The notes under the pieces were generated by a model. It saw only the letters and a list, made by a program, of their open reading frames with translations, was not told the DNA's origin and did no database searches. Below, in pieces: positions 51,628 to 61,262 of a stretch of 64,000 nt of DNA (position 1 is the stretch's first letter; every line of letters starts with the position of its first letter). The stretch lies in NCBI GenBank assembly GCA_001000675.1, contig LCHW01000001.1, positions 488,875-552,874 of the forward strand, written 5' to 3'. This DNA comes from Candidatus Wolfebacteria bacterium GW2011_GWE2_44_13 (GTDB taxonomy: Bacteria > Patescibacteriota > Minisyncoccia > UBA6257 > UBA9933). The position numbers were made by a program, and so were the translations under genes.

Positions 51628-52116
51628 TTAATTAACAATCTCCACCCCTCCCAATATTGCAGCTCCTTTGATGCGAAGCGTTACCTCGTCTCCCTTCTCT
51701 GTATTCGATTCGTATCCGCCTATAATTGAAGTTCCTTGCATAACTACCTTCCATGTTTTTGGCACGATTATTTTAATGCCCGACAAAATTGCCGAAATTT
51801 CAAGCTCGATTTCTTTCCCCTCCGGTTGCGCTTCACGCAAATCGAGTTCTCCGCCTGACAAGATCATAACAACCTTTCCACCGGTAAAGTTTTCCGCATG
51901 AATAGCTCGATTAAAAGAGCTTAATACGACGGTTTCGTTTAGTGTGTCTTCTCGTGAAATCGTTTTTTTATCCCAATTACTTTTTCTTTTCTTTCCTACA
52001 AGAAGCGAAATTCCCCAAAATACCAAAAGGAATGCAAAGATGAGTTTAAACAAAAATGTTCCCAAGAAAATGCTTAACCCTATTACGATAAGGACGAGTC
52101 CAAAAAATATATTCAT
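51628..52116 (-). CDS. LiaF-like/DUF2154 membrane protein
   Basis: Two TM helices; F.GG....SGGELDLR; IIVP..W.V; GGVEI. Confidence 0.8.
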   Translation of the reverse strand: MNIFFGLVLIVIGLSIFLGTFLFKLIFAFLLVFWGISLLVGKKRKSNWDKKTISREDTLNETVVLSSFNRAIHAENFTGGKVVMILSGGELDLREAQPEGKEIELEISAILSGIKIIVPKTWKVVMQGTSIIGGYESNTEKGDEVTLRIKGAAILGGVEIVN

Positions 52117-52168
52117 TCGTTTATTTGTATTATGTCTGTTGTTTCTATTAGAGAATAAGGATCGGATG

Positions 52169-52813
52169 TTATTCTTTTATCTCAACCAATACTTCATTGC
52201 GTACCATCCATGGCGGAGTCCACGGTGCATTGTACCCCGCATATGCAACACTTCCTTGCGCCACAACTCCATCGCGCGTAAGTGATACAGACAACTTCTC
52301 TTGCATACGCTTAATTCGTGCATCTGAACGATACCACGAAAATTCCATTACTGCATATTGCTTAGTAGGCATCATTACAATTTTTACTCGCGAGTCATCG
52401 GGGGTTGGCAATGTTTCAAGTGTATAAGAGCGCGGCATACCAAACGAAATAGTCTGCACATCCCCTTCGGTTGTCGCCACCACAGGCGCAGTCATCGCAA
52501 TATTCTCCCCTTCTTTAGTTTCTGTTTCTTTTTGTGCGACTACGGGCGCGGTCATCGCAATTCTTTCTTTCTTCGTATTTCCACCAAAAATATATCCCGC
52601 TACGATACTAAACCCACTCTCCAATGATTCCCCATACGGTCCTGTTACCGTTGTTTGCGCCACAATATGCGATGGATATTCGCGTATTTCGTAATCATCC
52701 ATTTTTTTTATCACCGTATAATCTGCCTGCTCAACGTGAGAACCAAAAAATCCCCAGACAGACCAAAGCGCGATAATACCAACAGCACCCCAAGCGATGT
52801 ATGTATAGTTCAT
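52169..52813 (-). CDS. SOUL heme-binding family protein
   Basis: YEIR.Y, AGYIFGGN, IAMTAPV (twice), YNAPWTPPWM.RNEV. Confidence 0.92.
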   Translation of the reverse strand: MNYTYIAWGAVGIIALWSVWGFFGSHVEQADYTVIKKMDDYEIREYPSHIVAQTTVTGPYGESLESGFSIVAGYIFGGNTKKERIAMTAPVVAQKETETKEGENIAMTAPVVATTEGDVQTISFGMPRSYTLETLPTPDDSRVKIVMMPTKQYAVMEFSWYRSDARIKRMQEKLSVSLTRDGVVAQGSVAYAGYNAPWTPPWMVRNEVLVEIKE

Positions 52814-52884
52814 ATGCTTATTATTTATATACATGGTATCAAATTTTTCCTTGTTTATGTACTATGCAGATTTATTTTTCAGTA

Positions 52885-53139
52885 TTGACAAATTATCAAA
52901 TAATGGTATTGTATATTCATGTCAACGCGATGGGGCGCTTATGCGTAAGTAGTTGACTAGCAACACACAGACCCTATCCTCGGCCCGTACATAAGCGAAA
53001 GATTTTAATGGCATTCAGTATGGCGGTGTATCGCTCACCGCTGCCTGCAACACATACTGACTCCCGAGGAATGACTTTGGGCCAAAGTTATTCCTCCCCC
53101 TACTTATTTCACCGCCAGATTTTGGCGGTTTTTATTTTT
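52885..53139 (+). ncRNA. Candidate structured ncRNA (about 215 nt) with promoter and terminator
   Basis: TTGACA-N16-TATTGT (TGn); several stems; terminator accgcca/tggcggt with T-run; no convincing ORF. Confidence 0.5.
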
Positions 53140-53196
53140 GTATTATTGTTGACGTAAAAAATCCCCCGTCTTTCAACGGAGGTCAATCTTGCAAAA

Positions 53197-53496
53197 CTAG
53201 AGTTCGTATTGCCACGGAAGATCTGCGTGAGCAGCCCCGACAGCTTGCGTTGCCGTGTAAGCCATGCCGCCACCGATTGCTGCCAGTGTCGCCTCTTTGG
53301 TATGATGTCCCGCGAGTATCAAATGTTCCGGATATCGTGGATGCCCGTCCACTCTAGCCATTAAGCCATTAGCAAGACGATATAACTCCGAAGCATGCCA
53401 TTCCCCGCCTACCCTGTGCAACACGGTAAGTTTTACTTTGGCCTTTTTCTCATCATAGTCTATTGCGCCTAAGTCCATAACTTCTCCTGCTCTCAT
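53197..53496 (-). CDS. Hypothetical protein
   Basis: Lies between the 45-bp promoter-like repeat and a hairpin at about 53157-53185. Confidence 0.55.
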   Translation of the reverse strand: MRAGEVMDLGAIDYDEKKAKVKLTVLHRVGGEWHASELYRLANGLMARVDGHPRYPEHLILAGHHTKEATLAAIGGGMAYTATQAVGAAHADLPWQYEL

Positions 53497-53504
53497 TTAA
53501 TTTT

Positions 53505-53549
53505 TCGTACTGAAAATAAAATATCCCATATGGGCTATTTTGTCAAATT
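53505..53549. repeat. 45-bp direct repeat, left copy
   Basis: tcgtactgaaaataaaatatcccatatgggctattttgtcaaatt; 44/45 identical to 62551-62595. Confidence 0.9.
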
Positions 53550-53643
53550 TATTTTTGGGGTTGCCACCCTCCTTTTGCTTCTAGGAGAGATTTAAAGGTA
53601 TCTGCCCCTTTTAGCGCAAGGTATTTAGCGCGGATAAATTTTA

Positions 53644-55320
53644 TTACGTCAGCCAATTTAATGCTTTTTGTACAATTCCATCGTACCATTCTAATTCTGA
53701 GTTAGTTGTACTTGCCAACTCATTTGAATGCTCAAAAAATCGTTGAATATGTCTTGGTTCTGGCACATAATCAACATTGTGAGAATCCTCAACCATTTTA
53801 ATAAATACGCTTAACGGCAATGGGACAATAGTTGAAGTTCCACCATAATAACCAATGTTCATTTTATGTAAGGCATAAAAATGAGCTATACAAGCATCGT
53901 TTATTTTTGGTGCAATAAACAAGCAATAAGCAGGCTTATTAGTTTCTCTTTTTACTTTAGCAAGATGCCTTGCTACTGGCTCCCCTTCAGTTTCGTATTG
54001 TCGCTGTCCGCTTTGCATCGTAACTTCTACCGTTAATCCAAAGTCGCCATAATCGCATGTGATGTCCGCCATATTCCCCTGTGCAGTTGACATTGGTTTT
54101 CCAAAATCGTCAAATTTTAAATTTGCTTTTATATTGCCACCGTCTAACATTGTCATTGCTCTCCAAGTGTTCCATTCCAACATCAAAGGAGTGTCATAAA
54201 GTGAATTATCTAAAATTTGGTCAAATGTAGAATTAATCTCTTCAAACAAATGGTAATCTTTTATCGCAGTAACTTGCTCTGTAATAATTTGTTCTCTTCT
54301 ATTTTCTAATTCACCAGCGAATACATCTTTTAATTGTTGCAAGGTTAACGTTTTATTTACATCAATTTGAGGAAATTCTGTTCTTATTTTTTGCTCAAGC
54401 AATGATCGATTATCGCTTAATAAACTAGGGGCTGCTGCATTTCCAAGATAAGCTACATATTGTATTTCATCATCTATAAAGCAAGGCTCTCTATCAGTAT
54501 GCTGTAAAAAGTAATCTACTTCTTGTATTTTTTCAGGAACAATTGAAATTGACTTCCCAATGTGTGAAATATTGACTAATCCCGTTACTCGAATATACCT
54601 AACACAGGCATCAGCATAATCTCGCAGATTACTTGCTTTTGTTTTTAAGAATTTTTCAATAGAAGCATCGTCTGTTTGTCTTGTCTTAGTTTTACCCGAA
54701 ACAATATCGCAACCATAGATTTGTCTTAGTTCTGCGTCTAAATATTCTGACTTAAATTTTTTAGAATTTCCTTGATATTGTGCTTTTGCAATTCGAAAAT
54801 TTTCAATTTTTAAAACAATATTATCAAATTGATGATAGTCGACTAATTGCAAACCAAAGATCATTAGCTCATCAAATTTAAGCGAGCCAAAATGACGGAT
54901 TAAACGAAATAATTCAAGATAAGGTTTTATCAAAAAGTCGGCAGAATTTTTCGAAGGCTCATGATAGGGCGATGGAACTTGAAACTTTAGTAACTGCCTT
55001 AAGAAAATTTCCTCTTTTCGTCTTGATGTAACTAATTCTAAACCTGCCGGCGTTAAGCTCACAGTAGGAGATAAAGTTACGAATCCAAGTGATTTTGGTG
55101 CTCTGTTAATTCTATCTCTTGCACTAAATGCAGGATCATTCGCCCCTTCGCCATTAAAAAAATTCTCTTGTTTTAAGAGCTCCATAAAGGCAAGTTGTGT
55201 TTCTCTGTTCCACACCTGTCCTGAAAAATGAGCATTCAATAACTCAATTTCGGGGATCATTTTAGACGGCGTTCTCGGAGATGTTGTAACAAATATTACT
55301 TTACTATCAATCTTTGCCAT
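53644..55320 (-). CDS. AlwI-family type IIS restriction endonuclease, PleI/MlyI-like
   Basis: TTSPRTP, SARDRINRAPK.LGF, KFQ.PSP, LEWNTWRA, AD...VEVT, EGEPV.RH; N-terminus recalls R.PleI (from memory). Confidence 0.88.
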   Translation of the reverse strand: MAKIDSKVIFVTTSPRTPSKMIPEIELLNAHFSGQVWNRETQLAFMELLKQENFFNGEGANDPAFSARDRINRAPKSLGFVTLSPTVSLTPAGLELVTSRRKEEIFLRQLLKFQVPSPYHEPSKNSADFLIKPYLELFRLIRHFGSLKFDELMIFGLQLVDYHQFDNIVLKIENFRIAKAQYQGNSKKFKSEYLDAELRQIYGCDIVSGKTKTRQTDDASIEKFLKTKASNLRDYADACVRYIRVTGLVNISHIGKSISIVPEKIQEVDYFLQHTDREPCFIDDEIQYVAYLGNAAAPSLLSDNRSLLEQKIRTEFPQIDVNKTLTLQQLKDVFAGELENRREQIITEQVTAIKDYHLFEEINSTFDQILDNSLYDTPLMLEWNTWRAMTMLDGGNIKANLKFDDFGKPMSTAQGNMADITCDYGDFGLTVEVTMQSGQRQYETEGEPVARHLAKVKRETNKPAYCLFIAPKINDACIAHFYALHKMNIGYYGGTSTIVPLPLSVFIKMVEDSHNVDYVPEPRHIQRFFEHSNELASTTNSELEWYDGIVQKALNWLT

Positions 55321-55326
55321 ACATTT

Positions 55327-56235
55327 TTAATACACTAATTTCTTACTAAATTCTAATTCAGAAAAGTTATTTTTAGCTACGTTCCCATAATTTGAAATTA
55401 AAATATGCGATGCAGTAGATTTAAACCTATTTCTAATATTTACGGAATACGATTTACCGTATTCATCTACTATCATATCTCCATAAAGTTTTTCCGTTAA
55501 TGGAGTCCTACCAATCACCATCAATGCCTTACATTTTAGATTTTTATAGGCGCTAGCTAATTCAATATGGTTTCGCTCATTAAATCCATCTTTATGCTCT
55601 ATGTTCCCATAGTCAGAAAAAATACAGTCATAAGGTGGGTCTAAAAACATAAAATCATCTTCTCCCGCTATTTCAAAAATGTGTTTGTAATCTACATTAT
55701 AAATTTCTGTATTTGAAAGCAATTCGCTATGATTTTTCGTAACTAATGCAGTATTCAAATTAGAATATCTACCATAAGGAACATTAAACTCTCCTTTGGA
55801 ATTGTATCTGATCATTCCTGAATAAGCTGTTTTATTTATAAAAAAATACAACAAGGCATCTGAAAATTTTTTTTCAGCCAAATCATTAAACATATCTCGA
55901 ATTTGATAATATAAGACTTCATTATCATCTTTAACTCTCAATTCAGGGGTTTTACTTTTAAGTTCTTCAAATTTTCTACGATTTAAAGTGTAAACTTTTT
56001 CTATTTGTGTAAGTTCATTTTGAATTAATTCAAAATCTGTTTTTATGCCATTGTAAAATGATATTAATTTAGAATTAATATCATTTATCACTGCTTTTCT
56101 TGGCTCCAAATAAAAATACAAGGCACCGCCACCAAAAAAAGGTTCGATGTATTTGCCATCGAATTTTGGGATATGTTTTATAATGTGTGGAATTTCTTTT
56201 GATTTACCACCCCTATATTTAACTAATGGTTTCAT
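55327..56235 (-). CDS. Dam-family (D12) N6-adenine DNA methyltransferase
   Basis: KYRGGKS, EPFFGGGA, NDIN, R.N..G.FNVPYG, FLDPPY. Confidence 0.95.
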   Translation of the reverse strand: MKPLVKYRGGKSKEIPHIIKHIPKFDGKYIEPFFGGGALYFYLEPRKAVINDINSKLISFYNGIKTDFELIQNELTQIEKVYTLNRRKFEELKSKTPELRVKDDNEVLYYQIRDMFNDLAEKKFSDALLYFFINKTAYSGMIRYNSKGEFNVPYGRYSNLNTALVTKNHSELLSNTEIYNVDYKHIFEIAGEDDFMFLDPPYDCIFSDYGNIEHKDGFNERNHIELASAYKNLKCKALMVIGRTPLTEKLYGDMIVDEYGKSYSVNIRNRFKSTASHILISNYGNVAKNNFSELEFSKKLVY

Positions 56236-56318
56236 GTTTATTTAAGTATACCATTTTTGAGATAATGTGGTCAGTCACCATTTATTCCACTTTCTAATTC
56301 CCCTTTCATCAACTCCTC

Positions 56319-56435
56319 AATCTTACCAAATTTTGACCTGTTATGTAACCAACACAAAACGAGGCCTGCGGGCCTCGTTTTTAGGTGAATTTGATGTGGG
56401 GGGGTGGATTCTTTAATGCAATACAATAGCAACTC
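56319..56435. repeat. Cassette-spacer repeat A1 (terminator plus minus-strand promoter)
   Basis: AATCTTACCAAATTT...TGTAACCAACACAAAACGAGGCC-N4-GGCCTCGTTTT. Confidence 0.88.
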
Positions 56436-56565
56436 TGAATTCTCGCCCACGTAAAGTCCGCCGGGGGCGGACCACGGGGCGAGCGAGACTAGGATAATCT
56501 GCTGTGGATAGCTTGCTTTTGCTTTCCATGGAAATAGCTTTAGCCACCTTAAGCATTACCCACCA

Positions 56566-56656
56566 TTGACATTAACTGCTTGCTTGGTATACTTTAAATA
56601 TCACGACGAGGGCAGGTTCATAAGGGTTGGTCCTTATGTAATTGGCCCTCTTTTTT
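56566..56656 (+). promoter_or_regulatory. Convergent promoter and short hairpin transcript antisense to the NYN1 3' end
   Basis: TTGACA-N16-TATACT (TGn); GAGGGC...CATAAGG/CCTTATG...GCCCTC followed by T6. Confidence 0.6.
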
Positions 56657-57163
56657 GTACTCCAATCTATTCCGTAGATTATTCATGAAATCTATTTTAT
56701 CTACGGCAACGGAATTAAGCAGATTCGAATATGCCTCCTTATTAGGCACTAATAATTTATGCAGCTTTTTATTATTGTTTAGATACTCGACAAGACAATA
56801 GAAATCGCCATCCCCCGAAACTATTAACGCTTTCTCATAATTTATATATTCGATCATGGCATGCAAAACCATCTCGGCATCAGCGTTTCCCTTTACCTTG
56901 CCATTTGGCAACTCGAGCGTTGGCTTAAATATTAATATATATCCAAATTTTTGTAACGCCGTATAGAGCCTCTGGTTTGTTGGCACATACCCGATAAAAA
57001 TAAATGCCTTTGTTACTCCATATTTATCCTTTAAATAAACTCTAAAACGTTCAAAATCAAGCTTCCATCCTTCGTAAACTTTTTCACCCTGCTTATCATA
57101 AACGTCATTACCAACTCCAAGATTTAAATTTTGACTATCAATAAATGCGTAATTATTAGCCAT
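56618..57163 (-). CDS. NYN-domain (LabA/DUF88, PIN-like) ribonuclease 1
   Basis: FIDSQNL, KGNADAEM, VSGDGDF; start moved to MANNY. Confidence 0.9.
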   Translation of the reverse strand: MANNYAFIDSQNLNLGVGNDVYDKQGEKVYEGWKLDFERFRVYLKDKYGVTKAFIFIGYVPTNQRLYTALQKFGYILIFKPTLELPNGKVKGNADAEMVLHAMIEYINYEKALIVSGDGDFYCLVEYLNNNKKLHKLLVPNKEAYSNLLNSVAVDKIDFMNNLRNRLEYKKEGQLHKDQPL

Positions 57164-57179
57164 ACTTTTATATATAAAT

Positions 57180-57292
57180 AATCTTACCAAATTTTGGCCT
57201 GTTATGTAACCAACACAAAACGAGGCCGTAGGGCCTCGATTTAGGGTGAAGTTGATGGGGGGGGTGAGTTCTTTAATACAATCAAATAACGA
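57180..57292. repeat. Cassette-spacer repeat A2
   Basis: Same core as A1; its -10 box lies about 18 nt upstream of the NYN1 ATG. Confidence 0.88.
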
Positions 57293-57333
57293 CATTAATG
57301 GGATCAGCCACTATTAATTGTGATCCCATTAAT

Positions 57334-58155
57334 CTACCGATTTGATCCATTAATTTTTGACCCTTTCAAAAAATTACGGATAATGGCGACGTCAGCCACA
57401 ATAATTACGCCCATCATAATCATTTGAGGAATTGGTGCAGGAAATCCTTTTTGGCTCAAGATAAACATCATGCAAACAATCGCTATCCCCATGGTGGCAA
57501 AAAATATCATCAGTGGAACAGCCAAAACATAGCCGAGGCTTTTTTGCTTCCAAAGTAGAATGGAAATTATTGTTGATGCTGGTAATAGCAGGGCTAAATC
57601 TAAAACTTGCACTGGGTTTACTAAAAGCCCAATATCACTAACTCCCTGTGGCAGGCTACCAGTAATAAGTGCTCGTAGAATATCGGCTAACCATAGTAGG
57701 AAAAACAATCCACTAACAGTCATCAAGAAAATACTTGCTGGACGATGACTGTGTCCGATTAAATTTTGCCTTATTTCTTCTTTATCAATCTGCATCATTC
57801 CGCCGATAAGAGAGTAAAAAGACAGGCCTAATATCACTATGTATATTAAAAATAGCGGTCCAAAATGTATAAAGAAAGCGTAAAGCGCATAACAATAGAC
57901 CATGTAGATAAGTATCCCCAACCAAACTAAAATGGCGCGCCAAGAACCTTTACGCATAAGATATAAACAGATCACCAGTAAGGGAAAGATTAAAAATACA
58001 TTGATTAAATCCTGCCCCATTGCTTGAGATGCCCAGCTGACAGTTTCTTTTGCGTACGTACTTTTAAAGAGAATACCGGCACCACTAACAAAAAACATTA
58101 GCACTCCCGCTAAAAATGAAAGTCTTATCCAAATTTTTGATATTTGCGTTTTCAT
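57334..58155 (-). CDS. Multi-pass membrane protein
   Basis: About 8 TM helices; GQDL, NPVQVLDL. Confidence 0.8.
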   Translation of the reverse strand: MKTQISKIWIRLSFLAGVLMFFVSGAGILFKSTYAKETVSWASQAMGQDLINVFLIFPLLVICLYLMRKGSWRAILVWLGILIYMVYCYALYAFFIHFGPLFLIYIVILGLSFYSLIGGMMQIDKEEIRQNLIGHSHRPASIFLMTVSGLFFLLWLADILRALITGSLPQGVSDIGLLVNPVQVLDLALLLPASTIISILLWKQKSLGYVLAVPLMIFFATMGIAIVCMMFILSQKGFPAPIPQMIMMGVIIVADVAIIRNFLKGSKINGSNR

Positions 58156-58233
58156 AATTTTAATTTTCTTTATTAAAGATAGCCAAGAAATTACTGATTA
58201 ATAGTACTTCTCATAGAACATTAGATAGACTCT

Positions 58234-58989
58234 CTATATAACTACCGGCACAGGATCTCCGTTAAGCCAAGCCTGTACGAACCGCACGTGCAAGTCTGGC
58301 ATCTCAGCTAACCAACCGTGATTTGCGTTCGGGATCACAACGCATTTGGCTTGAGGCATCAATTTTGCTAGCCGAACGTTTGATGCTATCACTCCTTTTT
58401 CATGCTCTCCAGAAAGTAGCAGGACCTTGTGATTTCTTTGCTCAATACCGTCCAGCATTATTTTACCATTAGCCTGCATAAATGCTTTTATAAAGGATAC
58501 CCGATTTGTCGCTCTCATATCTCGAGTAAAATTCTCCATCTCCGAATCATTAATATGTATCATTTGAGACAATCCGCGAATGACGAACTTTGTATGTAAA
58601 AAGGGGGCAATGCAGCAGGCTCCCGCCTTTATAAAAAACACTCCCGGGATAGGCGTCGCGCTCGCACCATCAATAACAGCGCTCAGAATCAAATCCGGAA
58701 ATTTTGCCAGTAAATACAGGGATACTATACCGCCCAGTGAGAGCCCCACAATATGAGCTTTCCCGTTGCCGTGTTGTTTAATAATTTCCGCTATTTCTGC
58801 TCCTACCTGCTCAATCGTAGACCATTTCTCAAGACTACTCTCCCCATGGCCAGGCAGGTCAGGGGCAAGACAATAATAATCATTGCTCATCACCTTAAAA
58901 TGTTTTTGCCACATACGTCCGCTCGATCCTATTCCATGCAAAAATACAACAGTCGGCTTATTTTTATTTCCTGATTCGTGCAAGTACAT
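58234..58989 (-). CDS. Alpha/beta hydrolase
   Basis: VFLHG, PDLPGHG, GLSLG, C-terminal His. Confidence 0.9.
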   Translation of the reverse strand: MYLHESGNKNKPTVVFLHGIGSSGRMWQKHFKVMSNDYYCLAPDLPGHGESSLEKWSTIEQVGAEIAEIIKQHGNGKAHIVGLSLGGIVSLYLLAKFPDLILSAVIDGASATPIPGVFFIKAGACCIAPFLHTKFVIRGLSQMIHINDSEMENFTRDMRATNRVSFIKAFMQANGKIMLDGIEQRNHKVLLLSGEHEKGVIASNVRLAKLMPQAKCVVIPNANHGWLAEMPDLHVRFVQAWLNGDPVPVVI

Positions 58990-58994
58990 AATTT

Positions 58995-59702
58995 TCAGTG
59001 CTCAATCTTTCTTTTAAAAAGTCGACTTAGTAATATTCCGGAGATTATTAACACTAGCCAGTTAATTGCTATGATTGCAATTTCAAATCGATATTCTCGG
59101 TGAATCCCATACAGAGACGAAATTAACATCAAGGAAGTACTGGCCAAAACAAACCCAGTTACAAATACTGCCCTTATACTTTTTTCCAATCGACTTCCGG
59201 AAAATACTAAAGCCATAAAAAGAAAGGAGAGGCTCATTAGTAAATAGCCTAAATCTTCCAAAGCGATGAATATTCCGTGCGGATTATATTGCGTAAGTAT
59301 GGAAATCCCATCCGTCTCCCTGTTTAACAGACTGGGCTGAATGACGGATAGCTGGAGGAAATAATCGGCTATCAATAGCGTGGCTGAAATTAAAGCAAAG
59401 GAAAAACCAATATGGCTATATATTTTCTTTTCGTCCGAAGCAAGATAATGAATACAAACCGAAAGAGTTACGTATACGAGCAGCAATAAAATTGCGGGGT
59501 ACATCCAGATATAATCACGGGGAAATCGTGAGACGATATCTAGAAAAGGATAGGTAAAGCAATTATTCCGGCAGAAAGGTCCAGACAAGGGTGGAGTCAA
59601 TATGGCGACAACAAAAGTCACCACAGTCAAAACCACTGTTGACACGGAGGCATAAAAGCCTAATTTGTTTTGTATTATTTGTGTCGTACTTTTCCCAGTC
59701 AT
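58995..59702 (-). CDS. Multi-pass membrane protein (distant paralog of 60205-60855)
   Basis: Six TM helices; LQLSVI; PHGIF..LEDLGY. Confidence 0.8.
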   Translation of the reverse strand: MTGKSTTQIIQNKLGFYASVSTVVLTVVTFVVAILTPPLSGPFCRNNCFTYPFLDIVSRFPRDYIWMYPAILLLLVYVTLSVCIHYLASDEKKIYSHIGFSFALISATLLIADYFLQLSVIQPSLLNRETDGISILTQYNPHGIFIALEDLGYLLMSLSFLFMALVFSGSRLEKSIRAVFVTGFVLASTSLMLISSLYGIHREYRFEIAIIAINWLVLIISGILLSRLFKRKIEH

Positions 59703-59761
59703 ACTTATTTCAACCCTATTCTATTAAAGGGGTTAGTAACCGCCCACTCATTAATCCCCTC

Positions 59762-59830
59762 AATCTTACCAAATTTCATCCATTATGTAACCAACACAAA
59801 ACGAGGCCGTGGGACATCGTTTTGGGGGTG
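59762..59830. repeat. Cassette-spacer repeat A3 (terminator partly decayed)
   Basis: aatcttaccaaattt...tgtaaccaacacaaaacgaggccgtgggacatcgtttt. Confidence 0.85.
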
Positions 59831-59872
59831 AATCCGACCTATATGGGTCGGGTTCACCAAATTTATCTGTCT

Positions 59873-59933
59873 TGTCCTAAGCTTGCCGAAGGGAATCCCT
59901 CTCGAGGAGCCGTTCGGCAAGCTCAGGGTAAAC
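59873..59933. repeat. Second REP-like family doublet
   Basis: tgtcctaagcttgccgaagg...ccgttcggcaagctcaggg inverted pair. Confidence 0.65.
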
Positions 59934-60204
59934 GTCCTACCTCTCCTTGGGAATGTCCCCGCGCCCCGAAGAGTGGGCTCCGGATATTTGGCAAAAATTC
60001 AGCAAAAAAAACCGAAGGGATATCCAAATAGGAACTTATCAAGACATTCCACGATCTCAGCCTTGATGTTTATGAGCCGGAAGAAAAATTGACAGGAGGG
60101 GTATTCTTCCGGCAACTAATGAATTATCAGAGGAAGATGCGAAAGCATATTTTAAAATGTGAAATCAAAGGCACCTGACCCCTTATTTGCATTGTATTTG
60201 ACTA

Positions 60205-60855
60205 CTAAACACTCTTGCGTCTATCCCTAAAGAAGATCGCTAAGAACAACAAAGAACCTGGAACAGTAATCGCCCAAGGCGCTCCTAACATCAAAATTGG
60301 CACCGAAAATACTGGATAAAAATATGCAATCGAAAAGAAAGGCGTAATCAAACCGTTCGCCATGAGGGACCATCTGACCCATTTCTGTAATCCTTGTTTT
60401 TCAAAAATTGGAATTAAAAATATAGTCGCCAAATTCAAAAATATATAACCCAATCCATCTATATCCCAAAAAAGGGAGTGTGGGGTCTGATTGAGAACAC
60501 TAAGCGGACCGAGTGTGCCCTGTTGGTTTTCAAAGGTCCAAAAATATCCTGCAGGTATTACGGTGGCCAATTGCACAACATAGTTTAGCGTGCAATACAC
60601 TGCATATATAACAGCGAGTACAATTGCCGTATGGGTCCAAAATCTCTTTTCTTCCGAAACCGTATGGTGGAGTGCGAGTGTAACAAGTAAAAATGGAACC
60701 GGCATCATGAGCGAGAAGCCAAATGCCATAGCTGCATTTTGCAAAGGAGTCATCAAATTTAAAATTTGCAGAGGTACGCTTGCCACATATCCGACTGCAC
60801 CAATGAAGGCGGTCAAGGCTGACCAGTAGCCTATTGTTAGTATGGTTTTTTTCAT
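60205..60855 (-). CDS. Multi-pass membrane protein
   Basis: Six TM helices; VQLATV; PHSLF..IDGLGY. Confidence 0.8.
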   Translation of the reverse strand: MKKTILTIGYWSALTAFIGAVGYVASVPLQILNLMTPLQNAAMAFGFSLMMPVPFLLVTLALHHTVSEEKRFWTHTAIVLAVIYAVYCTLNYVVQLATVIPAGYFWTFENQQGTLGPLSVLNQTPHSLFWDIDGLGYIFLNLATIFLIPIFEKQGLQKWVRWSLMANGLITPFFSIAYFYPVFSVPILMLGAPWAITVPGSLLFLAIFFRDRRKSV

Positions 60856-60985
60856 GACATAATTATATCAAAAAAAATACATAAGACAATTATGATAAGC
60901 ATAGGGCTAAAGGCATTAAAACATTAAAGTTAATGGGGGTAGCCACTATTAATTCATCGATTCATACCCCACTCATTAATCCCTA

Positions 60986-61084
60986 AATCTTACCAAATTT
61001 TTACCTACTATGTAACCAACACAAAACGAGGCCGTGGGGCCTCGTTTTGGGTGGATTCTTTAATGCAGCAAAATAACAACTCTG
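60986..61084. repeat. Cassette-spacer repeat A4
   Basis: Same core and terminator as A1; similarity to A1 continues to about 61219. Confidence 0.88.
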
Positions 61085-61188
61085 GATTCCCGTTTTCACG
61101 GGAATGACAGACTTTTCTAATCTGCTGTGAATAGCTTGCTTTTGCTTTCTATGGGAATAGCTTTAGTCCCCTTAATCATTACCCACCA

Positions 61189-61262
61189 TTGACATTAACT
61201 ACTTGCTTGCTATACTTTATGTACTAAACGTGAAGGGCATCCTATATGGGTGCCCTTCTTCG
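61189..61262 (+). promoter_or_regulatory. Convergent promoter and hairpin facing the NYN2 stop codon
   Basis: TTGACA-N16-TATACT (TGn); gaagggcatcc-tatat-gggtgcccttc. Confidence 0.58.

Noticed and set aside
52921-53139. tmRNA, RNase P RNA or IscB omega-RNA
   Set aside because: No tRNA-like ends, no GAGGAAAGTCC, and no adjacent IscB/TnpB gene; only the GTCAAC/GTTGAC stem is reminiscent.
57164-57295. N-terminal extension of NYN1
   Set aside because: It is a translation of non-coding repeat A2.
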